Below, piece after piece: positions 56,697 through 64,000 of a DNA stretch of 64,000 nt. The stretch comes from Candidatus Krumholzibacteriia bacterium (GTDB lineage Bacteria > Krumholzibacteriota > Krumholzibacteriia > JAJRXK01): the NCBI GenBank assembly GCA_041484665.1, contig JBGPIA010000001.1:832001-896000 (forward strand), given 5' to 3'. Numbering within the stretch: the stretch's first letter is position 1; each line of letters opens with the position of its first letter. A program made the position numbers and the translations under genes. Below the pieces are notes generated by a model, which had not been told where the DNA came from, did not search any database, and worked only from the letters and a program-made list of their open reading frames with translations.

Positions 56697-57581
56697 TTAG
56701 GGGTGAGCTCGCTCATCGCCGCAGTGTGCTGCCTCCAGCTGAAGCGTGATGTGGTGGATTCCGAATTCAGCGACGCACCGCTGGAGCCGTAGGCGCACCT
56801 CATCGTGTGCAGCGCCATCGTCCAACACCGCGTGGGCGCTCAGCGCGTGCATCCCCGAAGTGATGCTCCAGGCGTGGAGGTCGTGAACTCGTGCGACGCC
56901 CGGCACCGCCTCCATGGCCGCGCGCAGAGCTCCGAGGTCCACGCCGCGCGGCGCCCCCTCGAGCAAGACGGCCGTTGCCTCACGCACGAGCAGCCATGTG
57001 CGCGGCAGAATGAAGAGGCCGATACCGGCCGACACGATCGGGTCGGCGTAGTACCAGCCAGTGGTCCACATCACCGCGCCGGCCACCAGCGCGCCCAAGG
57101 ACGACAGCAGATCGGAGAGCACCTCGAAGTAGGCACCCTTGATGTTCAGACTTCGATCGGACCCTTCTCGGAGAAGCCATACTCCCGCGAGATTGACGAC
57201 AAGGCCCGCCCCGGCCACGGCCATCATCGCGCCGCTGGCAACAGGCGGCGGTTCTCGCAGACGCCTCACGGCTTGCCAGAGGACGAGCACGGAGATCCCG
57301 ACCAGCGCGGTCGCATTGGCGAGTGCCGCCAGGATCTCGACACGATAGTAGCCGTATGTCCGACGTGCGGTGGCCGGTCGCTCGGCAATTTTCATGGCGA
57401 CGAGGGCCAGCGCCAGACCCGCGACATCGGAGAGCATGTGGCCAGCGTCGGCCAGGAGAGCGAGGCTGCCTGTCCACCTGCCTGCTGCTGCCTCGGCGAG
57501 CATGAACGCTGACGTGGCACCAAGCACGATCGTCAAACGCCGCCGGCCACCGGCCCGCTGCGCCCCGTGGTCGTGGGACAT
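56697..57581 (-). CDS. czcD: Cation diffusion facilitator (CzcD/ZitB-like)
   Basis: SLALLADAGHMLSD, TYGYYRVEILAA, VHDLHAWSIT, HITLQLE. Confidence 0.92.
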   Translation of the reverse strand: MSHDHGAQRAGGRRRLTIVLGATSAFMLAEAAAGRWTGSLALLADAGHMLSDVAGLALALVAMKIAERPATARRTYGYYRVEILAALANATALVGISVLVLWQAVRRLREPPPVASGAMMAVAGAGLVVNLAGVWLLREGSDRSLNIKGAYFEVLSDLLSSLGALVAGAVMWTTGWYYADPIVSAGIGLFILPRTWLLVREATAVLLEGAPRGVDLGALRAAMEAVPGVARVHDLHAWSITSGMHALSAHAVLDDGAAHDEVRLRLQRCVAEFGIHHITLQLEAAHCGDERAHP

Positions 57582-57673
57582 GGATCGACTCCCTCGGTTC
57601 AGGCGCGACGCTCGCAGTCCAAGCGGCCAAGCTGATACGCTACGTGAACCCAATCCATCCCGCGAGCCGCCGA

Positions 57674-57937
57674 TCAAACGGCCTTCCCTCCGATCTCGAC
57701 CCTCCACGCTTCCGTATCCTTCGCACGTCGCTCGGCCGGGAGACGCCAGATCACGATACCGCCGGACGCGGTCTCGACGACGCTGTCGACCCCGAAGCCG
57801 AGGAGGACGATGCTCTTGGCGGCGAGAGCAGCCGCTACGGCGTCGACGCCCTCGATGATGTTCCAGCCGACGGTCAAGTACTCAAGGCGGGGGGCCCGCC
57901 GGAGGATTCTGGGGCGAGCATCTGGTTCGGCACTCAT
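57674..57937 (-). pseudogene. Truncated cation transporter (CDF-related) N-terminus
   Basis: RLEYLTVGWNIIEG...SIVLLGFGVDSVVE..SG.IVIWR; ends after about 87 aa; ATGA overlap with czcA. Confidence 0.7.
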
Positions 57938-60900
57938 GATGGCTCCACCGGCTGGTGCGCTGGCGTGGGGCGCGCGAACCGCTCGCCGAGCTCGTGGGCC
58001 AGCGTGTAGAAAGTCGGAAGCGCTAACAGGGTGAACAGAGTCGACGTGATCAGCCCGCCGATCATCACGATGGCAAGCGGACGCTCGATCTCGGTCCCGT
58101 GCAGGCGAAGCACCAGCATGGGCAAAAGCCCGAGGATTGCAGTCCCTGCGGTCATGATCTTGGGACGCACACGCCCGATGCTCGCCCCGCGCAGCGCCTC
58201 CGAGAACGGTTTCCCTTCGGCCATCAGCGAGCGCGTCTGCGCCACGAGCACGAGGCCGTTCTGCACCGCTATGCCGAACAGCCCGCACAGCCCGACGAGC
58301 GATGACACGTTCCAGGTCTCGCCCGAGATGGCGAGGGCCACCACTGCCCCGACGAGGGCAACTGGCAAGCTGATGAGGATTCCGATGACCTCCAGCACCG
58401 ACCCGAGCGCCAGGTAGAGGAGGATGAAAACGGCGACGACCGCAATCACAAGCGCCACGCTGAGTGATCGCGCCGCGCGCTCCTGGCTCTCGACCCGCCC
58501 GCCGACGTCGAGGAAGTACCCCTGCGGGAGTTGGAGCTGCTTCTCGAGCCGCTGACGGACCTCTTTAGCCGTACTGCCCAGGTCCCTGCCCGATACGCCC
58601 GCTTCCACGGCGATGCGCCGGCTACCGGCTTCTCGTCGGATCGCGCCAGGCCCGAAGGTCTCCTCGATGGCAGCCAGCTGACCCAGTGGGATTCGGGCGC
58701 CGTCGCGGCCATCCACGAGGAGCGCCCGGATGACGTTCGCGTCCGAGCGCCAGTGGTCCTGCAGGCGGACGACGAGGTCGAAGCGGCGCTGGCCGATCCA
58801 GACCTCGGACTCCTCCTCACCTACGAGCCCGATGCGGACGGCGCGGATTACATCGCCGGGCGTCAGCCCGGCACGCGCGGTGCCCGCCCGGTCGACGGAA
58901 ATGCGAAGCTGTGGGAGGCCGGTGAGTTTTTCCGCGCGAAGGTCCGTAATTCCATCGACGCGACTCATGATGTCGCGGGTCCGCTCGGCAAGGCGGGCCA
59001 GCTCGTTCAGGTCCGGGCCGAAGATCCGCACGGCAAGGTCCGCAGGTGTCCCACCGAGTCCCTCGTCGATGCGCATCCCAAGCGGAGTTGTAAACAGCGC
59101 CGTCACACCGGGTACCTGTTCGATCCTCTTGCGCATGGCCTCTTCGAGCCCGTCGAGGGTTCGCTGGCGGTTCTTCTTCAGGACCACGAGGACATCGGAG
59201 AGCGTGTGCGGCATCGGGTCCTCGGTGCGTTCAGCACGACCGGTCCGCCGCACGACATCCTCCACCTCGGGGAACTCGCGCAGGACGTCCTCAACCCGGC
59301 AGTTCAGGCGATCCACCTCCTCCAGCGAGGCTTCGGGCGGAAGGAGCGTCTGGATGAGAAAAGCGCCCTCGTCGAGATTCGGCATGAAGTCGCTTCCGAC
59401 GAACAATGCCAGCACGATTGCGGGTACGGTCAAGGCGAGTGAGCCTAGACGAACCCACCCCGCGCGGCGCATGCAGGCATCGAGGATAGGCGCGTAGACG
59501 CTCTTGAGCCGGCGCACCAGCCAGACGTCTTCGGGCTTGTTCTCCGGGCGTGGGCGCAGGATCAGCCCGGATGCAACGGGGACGAGGCTGAGCGCTAGGA
59601 TAAGCGATGCTGCGACGGCCGCGATCACCGCGGCGGCGAGCGGCTTGTACATGCGTCCCTCGATGCCCGTCATCCCGAAGAGCGGAACAAAGACCGCGAT
59701 GACGATCAATGTCGCGAACGCGATCGGGCGCCCAACCTCTGCGGCCGCGACCAGGGCGTGCTCGCGTCGCGCTCCGTCGCGGCGAGCAGTGATTCGATGG
59801 ACGACGTTTTCGGTGACGATGATCGAGGCGTCGACCAGAAGACCCACCGCAATCGCGAGCCCCCCAAGCGTCATCGTGTTGAGCCCAATGCCCGCCTGCT
59901 TGAGGATCACCCCAGCCAGCGCGATCGAGAGCGGAATCGTGAGCGTAACAAGAATGGCAGCCCGGATATCACCCAGGAGGCCAAACAAGACAAGGATCAC
60001 AAGGAGCGCGCCGAGGAGCACGGCGCGGCCCACGCCCCCTAGCGCGGAGCGGACGAGCTCAGATTGGTCGTAGACGATCCGGAGCTCGACTCCCTGCGGA
60101 AGGCTCCGTCTGATCTCCGTGATTGCTTTCCGGATGCCCGCGGTGACCGTCACGGTGTCGGCGCCGAACTGCTTGACGATGCGGCAGCTCACAACCTCGC
60201 CCTTCAGGCGATGCGCGATGCCCCGGCGTACGGCTGGCGCCTCGCAAACGTCGGCCACGTCTCCCAAGAGCACCGGGGTGGTCCCCCAAACGGCGACCGC
60301 CGTGCCACGCAGGTCGTCGACGGTTCTGACCCGGCCGACCGCGCGCACCGTCCATTCCATGGGCCCCTGAACGATAAAGCCGCCCGCGGAGTTCAGGTTC
60401 GCGCCCTCGACGGCGTGAAGGACCGCATCGAGGGTCACGCCGCGCGCGGACATCCGATCGGGATCGATCTGCACCTGGAACTGGCGCAGGTACCCGCCGA
60501 GCCGTTCGACCGCCGCCACCCCTGGCACCGCCAGGAGCCGGTTCTTCACGTCGAACTCAGCTAGATCGCGGAGCGTCATCAGGTCGGCAGAGCCCGATTC
60601 TGCTTCGAGCGTGATCTCGAAGACCTCATTGAGCCGCCCGGTGAGGCTGGAGATGAGCGGAGCGTCGGGGCCAGGCGGAAGCTGCGAGCCGACCTGTGCC
60701 ACCCGCTCGGCGACGAACTGGCGCGACCGGGAGTAGTCGGCGTCCGGCTCGAATTCGACTGTCACTTGCGACACGCCGAGCTGGTTGTTCGAGCGGATGC
60801 GGCGGACGTTTGGGAGGCCAGCGAGCGCGACCTCCATAGGGATCGCGATGGCCGTCTCCAGCTCCTCGGCCCCCATCGCGGGGTCCTGGACAATGATGTT

Positions 60901-61041
60901 GAAAACCGGAGCCGAGAGGTCAGGGAAAACGTCGCGTCGGAGCTTCTGGAACGACACGATGCCTAGACCTGCACCGGCGAGCACAAGCACCACCGCCAGG
61001 GCCGGCTTGGCGAAGAAGCTCCGGATGATTCGTTCGATCAT
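57934..61041 (-). CDS. czcA: CusA/CzcA-family heavy-metal RND efflux permease
   Basis: DVFPD, GGLAIAVGLLVDASII..EN, GIEGRMYKPLA, RVRPKIMTA, RPLAIVMIGG. Confidence 0.95.
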   Translation of the reverse strand: MIERIIRSFFAKPALAVVLVLAGAGLGIVSFQKLRRDVFPDLSAPVFNIIVQDPAMGAEELETAIAIPMEVALAGLPNVRRIRSNNQLGVSQVTVEFEPDADYSRSRQFVAERVAQVGSQLPPGPDAPLISSLTGRLNEVFEITLEAESGSADLMTLRDLAEFDVKNRLLAVPGVAAVERLGGYLRQFQVQIDPDRMSARGVTLDAVLHAVEGANLNSAGGFIVQGPMEWTVRAVGRVRTVDDLRGTAVAVWGTTPVLLGDVADVCEAPAVRRGIAHRLKGEVVSCRIVKQFGADTVTVTAGIRKAITEIRRSLPQGVELRIVYDQSELVRSALGGVGRAVLLGALLVILVLFGLLGDIRAAILVTLTIPLSIALAGVILKQAGIGLNTMTLGGLAIAVGLLVDASIIVTENVVHRITARRDGARREHALVAAAEVGRPIAFATLIVIAVFVPLFGMTGIEGRMYKPLAAAVIAAVAASLILALSLVPVASGLILRPRPENKPEDVWLVRRLKSVYAPILDACMRRAGWVRLGSLALTVPAIVLALFVGSDFMPNLDEGAFLIQTLLPPEASLEEVDRLNCRVEDVLREFPEVEDVVRRTGRAERTEDPMPHTLSDVLVVLKKNRQRTLDGLEEAMRKRIEQVPGVTALFTTPLGMRIDEGLGGTPADLAVRIFGPDLNELARLAERTRDIMSRVDGITDLRAEKLTGLPQLRISVDRAGTARAGLTPGDVIRAVRIGLVGEEESEVWIGQRRFDLVVRLQDHWRSDANVIRALLVDGRDGARIPLGQLAAIEETFGPGAIRREAGSRRIAVEAGVSGRDLGSTAKEVRQRLEKQLQLPQGYFLDVGGRVESQERAARSLSVALVIAVVAVFILLYLALGSVLEVIGILISLPVALVGAVVALAISGETWNVSSLVGLCGLFGIAVQNGLVLVAQTRSLMAEGKPFSEALRGASIGRVRPKIMTAGTAILGLLPMLVLRLHGTEIERPLAIVMIGGLITSTLFTLLALPTFYTLAHELGERFARPTPAHQPVEPS

Positions 61042-61051
61042 GGCCGCCTCC

Positions 61052-62251
61052 TCAGTGCTCGTCGTGCTCGCCCTCGCCGCTCGCCTTCTCGGCCTCGGCC
61101 TTGAGCAAGAACGCCCCCTCGACAACGACCGTCTCGCCCGGACGCAGCCCCGAGACGATCTCGACCTCGCCGCCGAGATCGCGGCCGCGTGCTACCGTCC
61201 GCATCTCGAAAGTCCTGTCGTCGCGCGGGACGAAGACGCACCAGCCCTCTTGCATGCGCTGCAGGCAAGCAGATGGGACCGCGACCACGCTGCCGCCGGT
61301 ATCGCCGAGCGGGACCCACGCGCTGCCGGACATGCCCGGCCGCAAGCTTCCGTCACCGTTCATGACGTCGATGCGGACAGGGATGGTCCGCGTGCTGACA
61401 TCGACCTGGCTTCCGACCAGAGCGACCGTACCCACGAACTGGCGGCCCGGGAGCGCTGGAAAGCTCAAGCGCGCGCTCGTGCCCGGCTTCACACGAACGG
61501 CGTCGCGCTCGAAGGCATGGACCGTGAGCCAGAGACGAGAAAGATCGGCGACCCGATAGAGCGGCCGCGCAGGATCCGTCATCTGTCCCCGAACGACATT
61601 GCGCTCGATGGCGGTACCGGCGATCGGTGTGCGCAGGGTGAAACGTGCGTCTGCATCGCCACCATCGTTCTGATCCTCTTCCGAGACGCCGAGGGCCCGC
61701 AGTGCCGCCCGCGCGGCGCCTACGTTGGCGTCGGCGGCGGTCGCCTCTGCCTGCGCTTCCTGAAGCTCGCGCTCCGGGGCTATGTGCTCGCTGACCAGGC
61801 CGCGTTTGCGCTCCAGAGCCTGTCGGGCCAGCTCCGCGCGAGCCCGGGCCGAGAGGTAATCCGCGCGGGCCTTGCCGAGCTCCACACTCTGGAGCTCGAC
61901 GAGCGGTTGCCCCGGCCGCACCAAATCCCCCGGTGAGGCGAGGACGCGGACGACCCGTGCCGCGATCGGCGAGCCCACCTCGGCGTAGGCATCCTCGTTG
62001 ACCTTGACCTCTCCGAGCACGGTGACCCCCTCGCCGCTGACGCGCGTTTCCGCCTCAGCGGTGGTGATGTGGAGATCGCGGAGCATCTCGGGGTCGATGG
62101 CAACGACGCCCGCGGGCGCGCCGGCGGCCCTTTGATTCGGCTGCCCGGATGGCTCGGCGTGCGACTCCTCGTGGCTTTCCTTGCGTCCGGAGCCGTTGCA
62201 GCCCACGAGCAGCGCTACACCCAGCAAGATCGTCGTCATGACGGTGCTCAT
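61052..62251 (-). CDS. czcB: RND efflux periplasmic adaptor (CzcB-like lipoprotein)
   Basis: Lipobox LVGC; LRTPIAG, ADLSRLW, LRPGMS; His-containing termini. Confidence 0.92.
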   Translation of the reverse strand: MSTVMTTILLGVALLVGCNGSGRKESHEESHAEPSGQPNQRAAGAPAGVVAIDPEMLRDLHITTAEAETRVSGEGVTVLGEVKVNEDAYAEVGSPIAARVVRVLASPGDLVRPGQPLVELQSVELGKARADYLSARARAELARQALERKRGLVSEHIAPERELQEAQAEATAADANVGAARAALRALGVSEEDQNDGGDADARFTLRTPIAGTAIERNVVRGQMTDPARPLYRVADLSRLWLTVHAFERDAVRVKPGTSARLSFPALPGRQFVGTVALVGSQVDVSTRTIPVRIDVMNGDGSLRPGMSGSAWVPLGDTGGSVVAVPSACLQRMQEGWCVFVPRDDRTFEMRTVARGRDLGGEVEIVSGLRPGETVVVEGAFLLKAEAEKASGEGEHDEH

Positions 62252-63474
62252 CGGAGTGCTCCCGCGCTCGCCTCGAGCTCGATGCCGGCGACGGCTGCCT
62301 CGAGCAGACGGTCGATGTGCTGGTTTCGTGTTTCGAGGATTTCGCGGCGCACGAGCAGGAGCTCGGCCAGGCCGATCTGTCCCGCCTCGTAGCTCCGGCG
62401 TGCCAGGGCCTCATTCTCGTCGAGTAGCGGCAGCGCGTTCTGCTCGAGCTCCGTGACGGCGTCGACGCGTCGCCCGTAGACTTCGAAGGCCGTTCTCACT
62501 TCCACGTCGATCAGCCGTCGACCCGCGTCCAGCTCGAGCTGCAGCCTCCGGGCTCGCGCGCTCGCCTCCGTGCGCAGGCCTTGCCCGCGCTCGAGGAGCG
62601 GCAGCGCGAGCGTCAGCCCGCCCAGGAAGACATTGGCCTCCTCCTCGCGTGCGTAGCGAACGCCGAGCCCCACGTCGGGCCAGGCTAGACCCTTCCCGAG
62701 CCGAAGATCGGCGTCCGCCTCGTGGGCCTCCGCGTCGAGGGATCGCAAGTCCGGCCGATCGGAACTCCCAGCGATGAGTTCGCGTAGCTCGAATCGGCGT
62801 CGGTTGTGGAGGTCACCTTGGACCGCGAAAGGTTGGACTGCGTCCATGCCGAGCAGGATGCGAATGTCACCGAGCGCGGCGCTCCGAGTCGCTTCGGCCG
62901 CTTGATGATCAGAGCGCGCCCTCGCGAGGGCGGCGCGGCTGACGTTGACGTCTAGAAGAGGCACGTCGCCGGCCTGGTGCCGCTGTTCGGCGATCCGAAC
63001 GATCTCCTCCGCCACTCCCTCTGCCGCGGTTGCTAGGCGAAGCCGCTCCTCAGCGTAGAGCGCCCGATAGAAAGCGACGGCAACGTCACGCAAGAGCCGT
63101 CGAGCCGCATCCTCGCTCTCTGCCACGGCCCGAGCAACACCGGCTTCCGCGCCCGCGACCCGTGCGCCGCGGCGGCCGCCCAGCTCGAACGTCTGGTGGA
63201 TTCCGATCTCGGTGTCCAGGAATCGGCCGCGCTCGGAGTTCCGCGGCCCAGCGGCGGCCTCGACCAGCGGGTTCTCGTGGAGCAGGACCGAAGCGCCGAC
63301 TAGCCGCCCGCGTGCCTCATCGATCCGGATGCGAGCGGATAGAAGCGTGGGCGCTCGCTCGCGAGCCAGGGTGAGCGCTTGGTCAAGCGTCAGGGCGTTT
63401 TCTTGGGCCGTGCAGAGCTGAGGCCGCAGCATCACGATGGCAGCAACGAGTGCCGCCGCTGACAAGCGGTACAT
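62248..63474 (-). CDS. czcC: TolC/CzcC-family outer membrane efflux protein
   Basis: LTLDQAL, QTFELGGRR, RPDL, SYEAGQIGL. Start at ATG 63474. Confidence 0.9.
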   Translation of the reverse strand: MYRLSAAALVAAIVMLRPQLCTAQENALTLDQALTLARERAPTLLSARIRIDEARGRLVGASVLLHENPLVEAAAGPRNSERGRFLDTEIGIHQTFELGGRRGARVAGAEAGVARAVAESEDAARRLLRDVAVAFYRALYAEERLRLATAAEGVAEEIVRIAEQRHQAGDVPLLDVNVSRAALARARSDHQAAEATRSAALGDIRILLGMDAVQPFAVQGDLHNRRRFELRELIAGSSDRPDLRSLDAEAHEADADLRLGKGLAWPDVGLGVRYAREEEANVFLGGLTLALPLLERGQGLRTEASARARRLQLELDAGRRLIDVEVRTAFEVYGRRVDAVTELEQNALPLLDENEALARRSYEAGQIGLAELLLVRREILETRNQHIDRLLEAAVAGIELEASAGALR

Positions 63475-63557
63475 AAGTTCCTCGCGCAATCGGGTGGAAT
63501 TACGCGCGCACGCGCTCAACACACGTGCCGCTCAGCCGTTACTAGTTCAGGTTCGGA

Positions 63558-63866
63558 TTACGCGGGGACGAGAATGGGGACGTGGAGGATTTCACGCGGC
63601 TGAGGCGATGGCGGTACTTCGTCACCCGATGCGACGAAATGCTGCTCGACCGCCGGCACCGGTATCGCTACGCCGGAGCGGGTCGCGACCGTGAGCGGCG
63701 CCGAGCAGCACGCGCAGAGCTGGCACGTCGGTGGGCACGTTCCGTTGGGTGAGTCGCCCGGGCACTTCCCAGAGCACGCCTGCTCCCTGGCGAGGTGCGT
63801 TGAAACGCCGGTCGCCTGACCGAGGAAGAGGGCGACCGCCAACAAGATGAAGATGAGCCGTCCCAC
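63558..63866 (-). CDS. Small secreted Cys-rich protein upstream of czcCBA (CzcI/DUF2946-like)
   Basis: GAGG RBS; signal peptide; CSGKC...CPPTCQLCACC; Pro-rich end PQPREILHVP. Confidence 0.65.
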   Translation of the reverse strand: MGRLIFILLAVALFLGQATGVSTHLAREQACSGKCPGDSPNGTCPPTCQLCACCSAPLTVATRSGVAIPVPAVEQHFVASGDEVPPSPQPREILHVPILVPA

Positions 63867-64000
63867 ATCCTCGAAGCTACCACCGACAGACGCATGCGTC
63901 CAGGGGCCGAGGAGGAGAGTCGGTGTGGCGGCGCCCGTCGCGGGCGCGGCGCCCGATGCGAACGGGAGGCACAGGGTTTACTTCCAGGCGTGTGCAGGGT

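Larger units (their letters stand above)
47294..64000. mobile_element. Probable metal-resistance genomic island (right end outside the window)
   Basis: Truncated gene at the left edge; metal efflux cargo; several gene fragments. No integrase or att site seen. Confidence 0.45.

Overview
High-GC (visually about 70%) bacterial chromosomal window with about 50 protein-coding genes and several remnants. I found no rRNA, tRNA, CRISPR array, integrase or transposase. An orphan FlgD-type Ig C-terminal domain and a 'W-x-x-x-K-x-x-Y' C-terminal tail suggest (inference) a Ca. Eisenbacteria/Krumholzibacteriota/Latescibacterota-like diderm. Positions 1-47 kb look like core genome: an ECF sigma/anti-sigma/DUF4252/GWxTD operon, an NTT-like transporter, M1 and M16 peptidases, an SPFH+RHH operon, a ppk2-ppk2-ppk1 cluster, hflKC, Lhr helicase, a TMEM175 channel, a GAF-GAF-PP2C phosphatase and an FTR1/Fur pair. 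The most notable signal is dispersed bacterial-microcompartment (BMC) content. A CcmP/BMC-T(dp)-type gated shell gene is followed by a PaaI thioesterase. About 7 kb away, a class II aldolase carries an apparent C-terminal encapsulation peptide and lies next to a Zn alcohol dehydrogenase and an endonuclease V homolog lacking its catalytic acidic residues. From about 47.3 kb to the end is a probable metal-resistance island: TrmO, an ICMT-like methyltransferase, an ArsR-MMPL-CxxCH-LolA-like-beta-barrel operon, CDF, CzcCBA and a Cys-rich leader ORF, with several truncated genes. All family calls come from motif recognition by eye; no database searches were run.
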